64,000 nucleotides of DNA, taken from assembly GCA_040954595.2 (NCBI GenBank), contig CM082577.2, positions 16,065,903-16,129,902 of the forward strand, given 5' to 3'. The notes under the pieces were generated by a model. That model was not told the DNA's origin, ran no database searches, and was given only the letters and a program-made list of their open reading frames with translations. A program made the position numbers and the translations under genes. This document shows positions 35,835 through 48,332 of this stretch, piece after piece. This DNA comes from Balanoglossus misakiensis (taxonomy: Eukaryota; Animalia; Hemichordata). The number at the start of each line of letters is the position of its first letter. Within the stretch, counting starts at the first letter, position 1.

Positions 35835-38800
35835 GTAGAAAACTGTGATCGACCGGGCAGAAACTGTCACCTTCTGAAGATTGGTAGAAAGAATCTGGTA
35901 GGACAGCGATTTATTATCAGTATTTTCCTGTCTAGCAGTACATTGGTCTCGGTTCAGCCGAGGAAAAGTGGCGTACGTGGTCAAGACGCCACTGCGCATG
36001 TCAGAAGCTTCAAGGTCATTGTGTCATACTAGTACTCGACCGCGCATATCGTACGTACAGGGCACATTGGGTATCATTCAGCACAGTGAATTTATACAGA
36101 ATAAGAAGCAAAATGGCCACCAATGATGATACAAAGGTCATGGTGGAAACAGAGGAAAATGATTTGTTTACTGATAATCCAGAAAATACCAAGCGTGTCT
36201 CCATAAAAACAGACAAGCACAAAGAAGCTGAAAGAGAAAGATTGAAAACTACCAGATCACACATCTATGGCAGAGTAACAACATTGATGAATAAGATAAC
36301 ATCGCTGATGGAAGATAAGGTCAATGGTATTTTGGTGAAAACTAAAATGAAAGAATGTGAAGTTGCCTTTGAAAATTTCAAAGAGGCTGATGTCAAATAC
36401 CATGAGTCGTTGGATGAAAAAGAAAAACAACATATGTATACCAGTTGGTCATTACCACGTATGACTGGGCTTGATGAATTTCAGCATGTAGTTGACACCT
36501 GGCTATTTCGCCATGGGTTGCATGATTCCATGTTGGCAGACACTGTGAAGCCAGAAGAAAGCGTGTCCCATATTGGTAGTAAGACACCTAGATTTAAATC
36601 AGCAAGATCAAGCAGAGTGTCATCACACGTGTCCTCACGTGGTAGTAGCATTAATAGCAAGGCATCTATAATCGCAGCCGCAGTGAAACGGGCGGAACTG
36701 ATGACTCGTATGGCAGGTTTGGAGGAAAAACAGAAATTAGACGAATTGGAATTCAAAATAAACGAACAACAGTCCAAAATAACCGAACAACAATCCAAAA
36801 TAAACAAACAAAAACAATTGTTGGAAATCAAAACAGAAATTCCTGAACAGAATGCAAAAATCGAAGTGTATCGTCATTTTTAAAATGGTGAAGATGAAAG
36901 TAGTTTACAAGAATACAACCTACAAGATCTCTTTAAGACACCCGCTGCATTTTGGGGCAACATCAAGATGAAGAGTTCAAGTGCTAGCAACTTGGGTAGT
37001 TTCCACACATGTGATAGTCCCAATGTTACTAAGTCTGATAGTCCTGTCGACAGCATTGTATGCAGTCCAGAAAAAAGAAAACCCGATGTAAACAAGCAGA
37101 CAAAATTTAGTCCTGACCTTGATTCGTGTACAGGTAGCAATAGCAGCCACAGTTCCTGTAGTGATCATAACCTAGCCACAGTTACTAAACTGGTGATTGA
37201 GCATAACAAGCGTGCCGCTTTACCGCCGCAATCGATACCCGTGTTCGATGGGGACCCATTGTAGTATAAATCATTTATACGTGCCTTTCGGCCTTGCATA
37301 GAATCCAACACTGAAGATCCTGATGATCGTTTGTATTACTTGGAGCAGTATACACGTGGTGAACCGAGAGAAATAGTGAGCAGTTGCATTCACATGGAAG
37401 CGAATGAAGGATACGAAAGAGCCAGAAAATTGCTTGAAACTGAGTTCGGCAATCCATACGTGACGGCCAGAGCCTACACCAAGCAAGCAGAAGATTGGCC
37501 GGACTTGAAATCCGAGGATAAGACCGCATTGAAAGATTTCGCTCTTTTCTTGACCAAGTGTGAAAATGCTATGAAAGGTGAATCGCATCTGAGAGAGCTC
37601 AACCACTACAAAAACTTGCAAATGTTGGTTTACGAACTGCCTTTCAAGTTGAGAGACCGATGGCGCAGCAGAATATACAGCATCGTACAACAACGATCAG
37701 TGCAGTTCAAAGATCTTGTGGAATTTGTCAACAGGGAAGCCAAGATAATGTCCCAAGAGGTGTTTGGTAACCTCGCCGGCATTCCATCCAAGGACAAGGG
37801 AGCAAAGAACATCAAGAAAGCAACTAGTGGTACACAAAGACGCAATGCCTACACAGTCAGCACAGAGACTGTTACTCCGTGTTTGTGTTGTGCAGACAGT
37901 ACACATGAAATTCAAGACTGTCAAGTGTTTGCCTCCAAGGCTTACGATGACAAAAAAACGGCTCATAAAAACGAAAGGGTTATGTTTTGGTTGCCTGAAA
38001 AATGGAAAACATATGGTGAAAGACTGTACAAGCAAGCTGACTTGTGAAAAATGTGGCAAGATGCATCCGACCGTGTTGCACTTCAACAAAACCAAAGACC
38101 AGTCTGGAAAACCCGTGTTAACGAATGTGGGGATGATTGACGCATCATGTAGATCTGCGGGGAATGGAGAGTGTGCATATAAACCCGTGATTATTCCCGT
38201 CAAGGTCAAATGTAGATCGAGTGGTCTTAGTGTACAAACGTACGCCTTTATTGACAACAGCAGTGACACAGTATTCTGTACGGAAACACTTCGTCGACAA
38301 CTGAACGTCGGTGGCAAGAAAACAAAGATTATGCTGAACACTATCACTGGAAGTAAATCAGCTGATAGTCGTGTTATCAAGGGTCTAGAAGTTTCAGATC
38401 TTGATGAGCATTACATCATCAAACTTCCAGCTACATATACGCAAGAGAAAATTCCTGCTTCGAAAGATCTCATCGTTACGCAAGATGACATAGGCAAGTA
38501 TCCTTATTTGTGTAAGGTACGCCTGCCTGAGATAGATGCGGAAATAGGCCTACTCATCGGTGGTAACGTTCCTGAAGCGTTTGAACCATGGGAAGTGATA
38601 AACAGTAATGGAGATGGACCATTTGCTGTACGTACCCGTTTAGGCTGGTTCGTAAATGGTTTCCTTACAGGGGCTGGCGTGTCAGAAAATGAAACTGCCG
38701 CAACAGTCTGTAGAATACAAGTTGGACCGGCGATGGATCAGTAGTTAATCAACCTCTTCAATCACGAGTTCAGTGAGCGCATCATAAATGACAAACCCGA

Positions 38801-41128
38801 AGATTCGGTTGAAGATAGAAAGTTCATGAAGATTGCCAACGAACAAACGCAGTTTGTTGATGGGCATTATCAGGTGCCATTACCGTTTCGTGATGACGGT
38901 GTTAGGATGCCAAACAACAAAGTGGCAGTAGAGTACCGGCTTTCTCAGTTGGGAAAGAAATTTAGAAACAACGATGACTATCGTCAAGAATATACTACCT
39001 TCATGGAAAGTATTATAGACAAAGGCTATGCTGAAAGGGTGCCACAGGAAGAATTGGAAGGCAATCCTGGAAAGAAATGGTATCTTCCCCATCATGGAGT
39101 ATACCATCCACAGAAACAGAAAATCCGGGTAGTCTTCGACTGTGGTGCAGAATACAAGGGAACTTCTTTGAACAAGGAGTTGATGCAAGGACCGGATCTG
39201 ACCAGTTCACTTGTAGGAGTGCTTATACGTTTTCGTGAAGAGCGGATAGCACTGATGTCAGATATAGAGGCTATGTTCTCTCAAGTTGGCGTGTCGCAAG
39301 AAAACCGAGATTTCCAGCATTTTCTGTGGTGGCCTAATGGTAATGTAGAGAAACCTCCTGTCGAGTACCGAATGACAGTGCACATCTTCGGGGCTACATC
39401 GTCACCCAGTTGTGCAAACTTCGCGTTGAAGAAAGCCGTAGACAATACTTCTGATCTGAGTGCAAGAACACCATATCTAGAAACTTCTACGTTGATGACA
39501 TGTTGAAGGCAGCATCAACAGTGATGGAAGGAAAGACTTTGGCTGAAGGGCTGACAGACACCTGTAAGAAATCAGGGTTCAAGCTCACAAAGTGGATCAG
39601 CAATACGCGTCCAGTTTTGGAAGCAATACCTGAAGAACAAAGGGCGACAGAGGTGAAGAACTTAGACTTGGAGCGAGATGACTTGCCCACGGAGCATGCA
39701 CTCGGTATGCAATGGAACGTGGAATCTGATGAATTCGGATTCAGAAATCGTACTAAAGAGAAACCAGCGACCAGAAGAGGAATTCTGGGAGTGGTTAGTT
39801 CATTATACGACCCACTGGGCATGGCAGCACCAGCGCTTCTGCCACCCAAGATGCTTTTGCAGCAGTTGTGTAAAGCAAAACTAGGCTGGGATGATGAAAA
39901 CAACGCAAAGTGTGGGAGAATTGGTTGAGTGATCTACCGAAATTAGAAGAGTGTTTCGCAGTACCCAGATGTATAAAGCCCGAGCACTTTGGTGAAGTAG
40001 ACACAGCTCAGCTACATCACTTTGCTGATGCCAGCGAAAATAGTTATGGCGCTGTATCGTATCTTAGGTTGATCGACAAAAGCGGAAACATCCACAGCAC
40101 TTTGATGATGGCCAAAGCAAGAGTGGCTCCATTGAAGCAAATATCGATTCCACGAATGGAATTAACTGCAGCTACTGTAGCAGTGAGGCTTGACAAACTT
40201 CTCAAAAAGGAGATGGATTTGCCAATCAATGAATCTGTGTTTTGGACGGATAGCAAAACCATGCTGCGGTACATAAACAACGAAACCACAAGATTTCATA
40301 CCTTCGTGGCGAATAGACTAGCGGTGATTCGAGGAGGATCAGACCCAGCGAACTGGCGCTACATTAATACCAGTGACAACCCGGCAGATGAGTGCTCTAG
40401 AGGTCAGAAAATAGATGCTTTTCTGAAGAACGAAAGATGGATAGGTGGTCCTGATTTCTTGTGGAAGACACAGGACAAATGGCCAAGTGATAGCTACAAT
40501 ACACAGCTAGATCCAGAAGATCCCGAGGTGAAGAAATCTGCACTAGTGCATAGAATATCCTTGAGGTCGGAAGAAGAAACTGTACCCGTTGTGTTGGGAA
40601 CAGTACCTGTTGTTTCGGGAGAACGACAGACGCCTGACGAAGGGGCGGGTCGATCCATGTCCGTTAATGCAGAGGAGACGGTTCAGAAATTGATAGACCA
40701 CTACTCCAGTTGGTATAAACTGAAGAAAGCAGTGGCCTGGATACGCAAAGTGGGTGACACATTGTTGAGATGTGCCAAGAACAAAAGTCGTCGTACAGAG
40801 GGACCGCATGAAATTACAGTGGAAGACATGAAAGCGGCAGAGACTGCAATCGTCAAGTTTGTACAACGCCAAGCGTTTCCCAGAGACGTTGACAGTTTGT
40901 CAGTGTGTAACGGACGTATTGTATCATAGTGCCTGTGTGAGGGCGCTTGACATGAGACTCTGATTTTGAAGGAGGGGCAACCCCTGAGGTGACCCCTGAC
41001 CTAGGAACTGTTCTGTTTGGTGTGTTCAGTTATGGCCGCGGCCATTTAAACTAGTCAATGTATATTTGTGTTGGCTGTGTCTGAGTATTAAAGACTCTCA
41101 TTTAATTCACCCTCGGCTGTGTTATATT

Positions 41129-41150
41129 TGGTGGCAGCGGTGGGATTCGA
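41129..41150 (+). promoter_or_regulatory. Primer-binding site complementary to the 3' end of tRNA-Leu
   Basis: TGGTGGCAGCGGTGGGATTCGA is the reverse complement of TCGAATCCCACCGCTGCCA-CCA, the metazoan tRNA-Leu 3' end. Confidence 0.85.
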
Positions 41151-41233
41151 CGGTCATCATAAAGACAGTAAGTGGGCGACCTGGAAAGGATTGGAGTGTG
41201 TTTCTCGTCATTCAGCACAACCGGACAACAGGC

Positions 41234-42187
41234 ATGGCTTCTGCGTATGTTCAGCTACCTGATAAGTTCCGGGGGTTGGAAGGTGAGAACTTTAGTGACT
41301 GGGTGAGAAAATTTGAAGTTGCAGCAAGGGCAACAAAAGACTTAACTACCAAAGAAGCCAAACTTGGACTGTTGCCTGCCTTATTGGACGGCCATGCCTT
41401 TCAAGTGTATGAACAATTGGCCGATACGGACAAAGACAATTATGACAGGTTGAAGGCTGCCCTTGAAGGAAAATTTAGCAGTAAAGAACATGTGAGTTTG
41501 CATCGCCTGTTGTTTAGGGAACGAACTCGTCAAAACGGGGAATCTGCCGAGGAATATCAGACTGAGCTAGTTCGACTAGCTGATATTGCCTATCCAACGT
41601 TGGACCCAGGTGTTAAAGCGGACATTGTAATGGACCAATTTATCTGCGGACTTGGAAATACTGCACTCCAGGAGAGGATTTTGAATTCGGACAAGAAAAC
41701 GCTTGATGAAGAAGTGCTGATGGTGCGAAAAACTGAAGCCGCACATCATGCGGCCACAAAAATGTCAGCTAGTAAAGTACCACATGGAACTGGGTGTACA
41801 CCGAGTGTTAATGCAGTTGACAATGTGCACATCAACGAATTGATAGATAAAAGATTCCGAGAATTGGAAAGCACCCTCCTTCAGAAAATAGAACAATTGA
41901 CAGTTGGAAAGGAAACAACTAATACGAGTAATGCCTATAACCAAGCAAGTGGGTATACCCGAAATGTTAGTAGAGGGGCCAGAAGTTATCGGGGTAATCG
42001 TGGTAATGGTGCTCGGCAAACACCAGCGAGAAATGTATTCAGAGGGAACTGCTACATTTGTGGGGAATACGGTCACCGAAGAATCCATTGCCCTCTGCAA
42101 GGGGAACATGATGTTCAAACTGGTTATGCTCAACACGGGCCACCTCAACCCAGCCAATATCAACCACAACAACAGGGAAAATGGTAG
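41234..42187 (+). CDS. gag: Gypsy Gag with CCHC zinc knuckle
   Basis: CYICGEYGHRRIHC; first ATG after the PBS. Confidence 0.9.
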   Translation: MASAYVQLPDKFRGLEGENFSDWVRKFEVAARATKDLTTKEAKLGLLPALLDGHAFQVYEQLADTDKDNYDRLKAALEGKFSSKEHVSLHRLLFRERTRQNGESAEEYQTELVRLADIAYPTLDPGVKADIVMDQFICGLGNTALQERILNSDKKTLDEEVLMVRKTEAAHHAATKMSASKVPHGTGCTPSVNAVDNVHINELIDKRFRELESTLLQKIEQLTVGKETTNTSNAYNQASGYTRNVSRGARSYRGNRGNGARQTPARNVFRGNCYICGEYGHRRIHCPLQGEHDVQTGYAQHGPPQPSQYQPQQQGKW

Positions 42188-42232
42188 CTGCTGATGTAAG
42201 GGGTCAGGCATTGGCAGCGCAAGGTGAGGCCC
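42175..42232 (+). promoter_or_regulatory. -1 ribosomal frameshift signal
   Basis: G GGA AAA heptamer in the gag frame, 5-nt spacer, and a 10-bp stem (42187-96 with 42209-18). pol is in the -1 frame. Confidence 0.8.
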
Positions 42233-45200
42233 AATTGGAATCTGAATTAATGACAGCTCCTAAATCTACCAAACCAGACTTTACAAATATGGTGATGATA
42301 GTAGTTGGTGACACTGATGTAAGAGCCCTGGTTGATACAGGGTCAGGTATAACACTGATAAGTGAAGAATTTAGGATGAAGAGTCCATACCTGAGAAAGA
42401 AATATTTGAACACTACCGTAAATACGGTTGCGACGTCGGTTCTGGGACAAAAGTTAGACATCATGGGAACACTACAAACCAGAGTACGGGTGGGCAGTAA
42501 TGAGCTATACCATACTGTGTTTGTGGTACGTGGGATGACCAGCCCTGTGATACTTGGTTGGGACTTCTTTGTGCAGCATGCAGGTAATGTGGATAGTAAC
42601 AATGGCATGTTTTGGATATACGGCGAATCAACTCCATTTCTGCGGAAAGACCAATTAATACCGGACATATGTGGAGCGGTAGTGAATAAAACTGTCATAA
42701 TACCACCCCGAACCAAAATGCCAGTGCCAATACGATTACAGCCAACAACGGCTGGGGAGCCATTGCCTCATGGGTATACCGGAGTTTTGGATCCGGAGGA
42801 TATTTTTAAAGATGGCAGGGGCCTAGCTGTAGCCCGAACCTCTTCCACTGTCAGCAACGGCATGGCATTGGTGCAGATCTTGAATGTAACAGAACAACCC
42901 GTAAATCTCTATCAAGATACACCTGTAGGAACTTTTATTGCCGCTACATCTGGAGAGGAGACTTGTATGGTCTCCCGTATACATACCTATGAACTTTGTG
43001 AGCTAAAAAGAGAAACTACTAGTACTGTGGTATCCAATATAGACACAACGAATAAAGTCAGAAATCAGACTGAACCTATGCCTGAAATTCAACTTGAGGG
43101 GGCAGCAATTTCAGGGCCCCAAAAGACAGAAGTAAGGAAATTGCTGAATAAATATCATCATATTTTTAGTCAATATCCAGGTGACCGGGGACGTACACAT
43201 CTGGTGCAACACCGCGTGAATACAGGAGAGGCTACGCCAATAAAGCAGCGGCCCAGACGTGTACCAGTACATCTACAAGCCGAAATACAGAACCAGGTGA
43301 GAGATATGTTAAAGAATGAAGTCATTGAAGAGAGCTGCTCGGCCTGGGCATCACCGGTCGTATTGGCGAGGAAGAAGAATGGCGCAATTCGATTTTGTGT
43401 AGACTATCGAAAATTGAACTCAGTGACAGTTCGAGATGCGCACCCGCTCCCTAGAGTTGATGACACTATTGATGCGTTGTCAGGGTCAGCACTATTCTCA
43501 ACAATTGACTTGGCATCGGGATATTGGCAAGTTGAGGTTCACCCAGATGACAGAGATAAAACTGCCTTCACGACGGGAGTTGGGTTGTACAACTTTAAAG
43601 TCATGCCGTTTGGTCTCACCAACGCACCCCCTACCTTCCAGCGGCTAATGGAATTGGTATTAGCAGGGCTGGACTGGCAGACATGTTTAGTGTATTTGGA
43701 TGATGTAATTATTTTCAGCCGAACGTTCAACGAGCACATGCAAAGCCTAGAACAAGTATTTAAACGTATTGAAGAAGCAGGCCTCAAGTTGCAGCCATCG
43801 AAATGTACATTCTTCAAGGATACAGTAGTCTTTCTCGGACATAAAGTATCCAAGGACGGTGTGTCCCCAGATCCAGCAATTACTGAGCGTATATGGTCTT
43901 ACCCTACCCCATTATGTCCAGCTGATGTACGACGATTTATGGGGTTAGCGTCGTACTATAGAAAATTTGTGAAGGATTTTGCATTGATTGCGACACCATT
44001 ACATCGGCTATGTGAAAAAGACATTACATTTCAATGGTCAGATGAATGTAGTAATGCATTCCAGGTTCTGAAGTCTGCGCTAGCCAATCCGCCGATACTC
44101 GGTTACCCTGACTTTACCAAACCATTTTGTCTACACACCGACGCATCTCATTCAGCAGTTGGGGTAATCCTGTCCCAAAAAGGGGAAAAAGGGGAAAAAG
44201 TTGTTGCATATGGAAGTCACAGCCTGAATAAGACGGAGAAGAAATGGGCCACATATGACAAGGAGTTATTTGCTGTTGTATGGGGTATTCGGCATTTTCG
44301 ACCGTATTTGTGTGGTGCTAAATTTGAAGTAGTGACGGACCACAAACCACTAATCGGGCTGAGGGATATCAAGGCGGGCCATGATCCTACAGGACGTAGA
44401 GAGAGATGGGCGATTGAATTAAGTATGTACGATTTTGCAGTCACACATAGAGCTGGAAAATTACATTCTAATGCTGATGCCATGTCCAGGTTGGGAGTGC
44501 AAAGCGACATGGCAGTCCAGGATGACGACGATGAACAGGAAATAGGCTGGTGTATTCCAGGACAGGTATCAACAAAACCAATTCAACAACATGTCCCCAA
44601 GGTCAATCAGGTTCAAAGTTCAGAGGCTGCAAGGTCACACGGTGCTACAGTGGTGAATGATGTCAATTTATGTGCCCTGAGGAAGGAACAACAGGATGAT
44701 GAGGTGTTACCGGAAGTGCTCTCATGGCTAAGGAGTGAACGGAAACCAGACAAACAAACCTTGCGCAGAAAAGACTGGCGATTGAAATCGCTGTGGCATA
44801 ACTTTGATAAACTGAAACTACAACACGGTATAATATACCGGAAGTGGACACTACCTCGTGGCGAGTCAGTAAATTTAATACTCTTGCCAAGTAATATGGT
44901 GCCCAACATACTGAAAGAACTGCACGGTGGTGTGGTGTCTGGGCACATGGGAGCGAAGAGAACATTGGCCCGATGTAGACAGAGATTCTATTGGCCAGGA
45001 ATGCATCGGGATGTTCAACAGTGGGTCCAATGTTGCCAGATTTGTCAACGAAGGAAATCTCCGGCACCGAAAGCGAGGGCTCCTATGCAGAGCATATCTG
45101 TGAAACGACCTTTTGAGATGGTAGCAGCTGACCTCACAGAGTTGCCACAGTCCAGGAGAGGGAATAAATATGCATTGGTAGTGATGGATTATTTCACGAA

Positions 45201-46113
45201 ATATGTTAATATTTATGCACTTCCAAATCAGATGGCCGTAACACTGGCAAAGTGTGTAGCTCAGTACGGCGACGAATGGGATGATCATGTGTCGAAAATT
45301 GCACTGGCATATAACACCAGCGTCCATGAAAGTACTGGCCAAACCCCATATTTCCTCACTCATGGGAGGGAAGCTCGGCTACCCATAGATATAGTGTACG
45401 GTACACCAGAACCATCCCAAACAACCACTACCTATGCCAGACGTATGGTCGGAAAACTGAGGGACGCTTTCAAATACGCTGCTGAAACACTCGGTCAGTC
45501 CCAGCGGAGACAAAAGACAGGATATGATAGGTGGGCGAATCATCACCCTTATGAGGTCGGCGATAAAGTCTGGTTACATGATCCTACAGCAAGGCGTGGC
45601 AGGGCCCAGAAATTAGGACTACCATGGGCGGGCCCATTTATCGTGAAGAAGCGCATCCCAGACCCAGATGGAAAACCAGGTGTGATATATCGTATCCAGG
45701 AAGATAGTGAAAGGCGCCGTAGGCTAGTTGTTCATCATAATCGGTTAAAGCCGTGTCGAATCGGACATCACAGTGACTCAACGCTGATTGACCGCCGGGA
45801 GGAGCAAATGGGTGAAATGCAAAATAGCCCAAATAACTTGTCTGCGGAGAAAGCCATAAATAGAGCCCCCAAACGGCCAGATAAGGGGGGAGTTATCATC
45901 CTAGGTCGGCAACCGGAACCAGAGGAGGACCAGGAAATAGCGGGACATGAGTTGGAAGAGATTGAGCCAGAGGAAGATAATAGTGATACTGACAACGTGC
46001 CGGAAGACAACAGTGTAGCGGAGGACGAAGGTCAAGGTGAACAACAATTACTGCGCCCCCAAGTGACCAGATCAGGGAGGATAACGAGGGTCCCTGCCAG
46101 ATACACCGAGTGA
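42181..46113 (+). CDS. pol: Gypsy Pol (protease, RT, RNase H, integrase with in-frame core deletion)
   Basis: LVDTGS, FCVDYRKLN, YLDD, TDAS, TDHKPL, HHCC zinc motif and GPF motif. The second catalytic D and the E of integrase are absent. Confidence 0.93.
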   Translation: MVAADVRGQALAAQGEAQLESELMTAPKSTKPDFTNMVMIVVGDTDVRALVDTGSGITLISEEFRMKSPYLRKKYLNTTVNTVATSVLGQKLDIMGTLQTRVRVGSNELYHTVFVVRGMTSPVILGWDFFVQHAGNVDSNNGMFWIYGESTPFLRKDQLIPDICGAVVNKTVIIPPRTKMPVPIRLQPTTAGEPLPHGYTGVLDPEDIFKDGRGLAVARTSSTVSNGMALVQILNVTEQPVNLYQDTPVGTFIAATSGEETCMVSRIHTYELCELKRETTSTVVSNIDTTNKVRNQTEPMPEIQLEGAAISGPQKTEVRKLLNKYHHIFSQYPGDRGRTHLVQHRVNTGEATPIKQRPRRVPVHLQAEIQNQVRDMLKNEVIEESCSAWASPVVLARKKNGAIRFCVDYRKLNSVTVRDAHPLPRVDDTIDALSGSALFSTIDLASGYWQVEVHPDDRDKTAFTTGVGLYNFKVMPFGLTNAPPTFQRLMELVLAGLDWQTCLVYLDDVIIFSRTFNEHMQSLEQVFKRIEEAGLKLQPSKCTFFKDTVVFLGHKVSKDGVSPDPAITERIWSYPTPLCPADVRRFMGLASYYRKFVKDFALIATPLHRLCEKDITFQWSDECSNAFQVLKSALANPPILGYPDFTKPFCLHTDASHSAVGVILSQKGEKGEKVVAYGSHSLNKTEKKWATYDKELFAVVWGIRHFRPYLCGAKFEVVTDHKPLIGLRDIKAGHDPTGRRERWAIELSMYDFAVTHRAGKLHSNADAMSRLGVQSDMAVQDDDDEQEIGWCIPGQVSTKPIQQHVPKVNQVQSSEAARSHGATVVNDVNLCALRKEQQDDEVLPEVLSWLRSERKPDKQTLRRKDWRLKSLWHNFDKLKLQHGIIYRKWTLPRGESVNLILLPSNMVPNILKELHGGVVSGHMGAKRTLARCRQRFYWPGMHRDVQQWVQCCQICQRRKSPAPKARAPMQSISVKRPFEMVAADLTELPQSRRGNKYALVVMDYFTKYVNIYALPNQMAVTLAKCVAQYGDEWDDHVSKIALAYNTSVHESTGQTPYFLTHGREARLPIDIVYGTPEPSQTTTTYARRMVGKLRDAFKYAAETLGQSQRRQKTGYDRWANHHPYEVGDKVWLHDPTARRGRAQKLGLPWAGPFIVKKRIPDPDGKPGVIYRIQEDSERRRRLVVHHNRLKPCRIGHHSDSTLIDRREEQMGEMQNSPNNLSAEKAINRAPKRPDKGGVIILGRQPEPEEDQEIAGHELEEIEPEEDNSDTDNVPEDNSVAEDEGQGEQQLLRPQVTRSGRITRVPARYTE

Positions 46114-46459
46114 AAGGAGAAGAGGAATGTGTTGTGTTTGCAGAATAGAAGAGGAATATGCCGAACATAGGAGGAACATTATAGGAGAGAAGAGGAATGT
46201 GTTGTGCTTGCAGAATATGATGACGGTGACATTACAGGATATACGGCAGTGTTGATTTTGCTTTCGTGTTTAATGTTTAGTGGATTTATCATTGAACTGT
46301 GAACTCTGTGTACGAACTGATTTACTGACACTTATGATTACATATATACAAAAAAAAAAAAAAAAAAAGAAAGAAAAAAAAAAAAATTTAGTTTGTTTAA
46401 ATGTACTGTATGAACTGTTGGGGATGCTCCCGACGTGTCCAGGAGGACACTATTATATT

Positions 46460-46470
46460 GGGGGGAGTGA
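46460..46470 (+). promoter_or_regulatory. Gypsy polypurine tract
   Basis: GGGGGGAGTGA directly before the 3' LTR. Confidence 0.8.
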
Positions 46471-48332
46471 TGTAACGGACGTATTGTATCATAGTGCCTG
46501 TGTGAGGGCGCTTGACATGAGACTCTGATTTTGAAGGAGGGGCAACCCCTGAGGTGACCCCTGACCTAGGAACTGTTCTGTTTGGTGTGTTCAGTTATGG
46601 CCGCGGCCATTTAAACTAGTCAATGTATATTTGTGTTGGCTGTGTCTGAGTATTAAAGACTCTCATTTAATTCACCCTCGGCTGTGTTATAAGTGGATGA
46701 CTATACTGATAAGAAGACACGAAGAAATAGTAACATCTATAGGCTGGACCCTGTCATGGGGGCAGATGGTTTGTTACGCGTAGGAGGACGTCTGAGTTTG
46801 TCCGCAGTAGCGGAAGAAGCAAAGCACCCTGTGATTTTGCCAAAGCGTTCGCATGTTGCAGAGTTGCTGTTGCGTGAAATACATGAACGAGGGCAACACT
46901 TTGGACGAGCCTACATCCTGTCAAAGTTACGCGAGAAATATTGGATCCTAGGCGCGAACTCGGCAGCTAGAAATATGGTCAGTAAATGTGTAACTTGTAG
47001 ACGTCAGCGAGCCAGACTGTGTGAACAGAAGATGGCAGACTTGCCTGCTGATCGTTTGCAGTCGAATGAACCACCATTTACCAATGTTGGCGTTGATTAC
47101 TTTGGTCCTATCGTAAAGATGAAAAGGAGTACAGTAAAGCGATATGGTGTGATATTTACTTGCTTAGCCATACGGGCTGTTCACATAGAGATGGCGGAAT
47201 CACTTAGTACGGACTCTTTCATCAATGCGTTGAGGAGATTTATATCCAGGAGGGGACCAGTGAAGTCCATGAGATCTGATAATGGTACCAATTTTGTCGG
47301 AGCGAATAGAGTGTTGAAGGAAGAGCTCGAGAAATGGAACCAGACAAAGATCAGGGAAAACCTACTGAGAGAAGGCATAGAATGGAAGTTTAACCCGCCC
47401 TATGGATCCCATTTTGGTGGAGTATGGGAAAGACAAATTCGCACTATCAGACAGTTGCTGAACGTCATCGTTAGGCAGCAACAGCTGACAGATGATAGTC
47501 TACAGACTTTCTTGTGCGAAGTGGAGCATACTATTAATAGCCACCCGATTACAGTATCGTCGGACGACGCTAGAGACTTAAAAGCATTGACACCCAGTAT
47601 GTTGCTAACTATGAAGGGAGCAGCAACACTGGTGTGACGGAGAAGAACGACTTGTATGCTGTACATAGATAGAAGCAAGTGCAGTATCTGTCAGATTTGT
47701 TCTGGAAAAGATGGACAAAGGAATACCTACCCTCTCTGCAAGAAAGGCAAAAATGGTTGAAAGTCAAGAAAAACTTACACGTTGGAGACGTGGTATTGGT
47801 GAAGGATGAGAACACCTCCAGAAATGCTTGGCCTTTGGGTGTAATCGTCAAAGTTATGCCTGATCGGAAAGGGGTGGTGCGACGGGTATTGGTGAAGACC
47901 AGATCCAGTGTTTTAGAAAGACCATATGATAAGTTGTGCACATTGTTGGAAGCACAGACTTAGTGGTATTGGTATGGTTGCAGTTACCAGCAGCTGTAAT
48001 AACAACGATCTCAAGTAGTGGCCAGTCAATCCACTACGTCCAGCGTTTGATCTCATCTTTGAAGTACAGATGTGTTGGATATCATGCTTGGCAGCATAAT
48101 TGACCGGACGAGGTCTGGGCATGGTCTAGGATGTATCATCACATTCATGAAGAAAAGGATTCTTGTATTCGCGTTTCCAGAAAAACCTTTTCGACTTCGC
48201 GTTTCGATTTATAGATATTGTTGTGTAATTTCTATTTGTTATGTAATTTCGGCACATATGGATGTTGGCGTTTTGAATTTGCTAGGATGGAAATTGTTAA
48301 TGTTTTTTTTTCATGAACAATTTGGGGGCTGG

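Larger units (their letters stand above)
40906..46691 (+). mobile_element. Ty3/Gypsy LTR retrotransposon, recent insertion
   Basis: Two identical 221-bp LTRs (40906-41126, 46471-46691), 4-bp target duplication AGTG, PBS, PPT, and open gag and pol in PR-RT-RH-IN order. Confidence 0.97.
36113..47963 (+). pseudogene. BEL/Pao gag-pol (Gag with Zn knuckles, protease, RT, RNase H, integrase) with multiple stops/frameshifts and a Gypsy insertion
   Basis: FDGDPL, CFGCL..H..C, FIDNSSD, WYLPHHGV, FGATSSP, YVDD (~39485), FADAS, WTDS, GVDYFGP, SDNGTNF, GGVWER. The frame continues across the Gypsy site (DSLSV/DDY). Confidence 0.93.

Noticed and set aside
41129-41150. tRNA gene
   Set aside because: Only 22 nt of antisense match next to an LTR; it is a primer-binding site.
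41066-41233. N-terminal extension of Gag in the ORF track
   Set aside because: It starts inside the LTR and crosses the PBS; the first plausible ATG is 41234.
46114-46470. env-like third ORF in the Gypsy element
   Set aside because: Only ~350 bp containing a short direct repeat and an A-run; no credible ORF.
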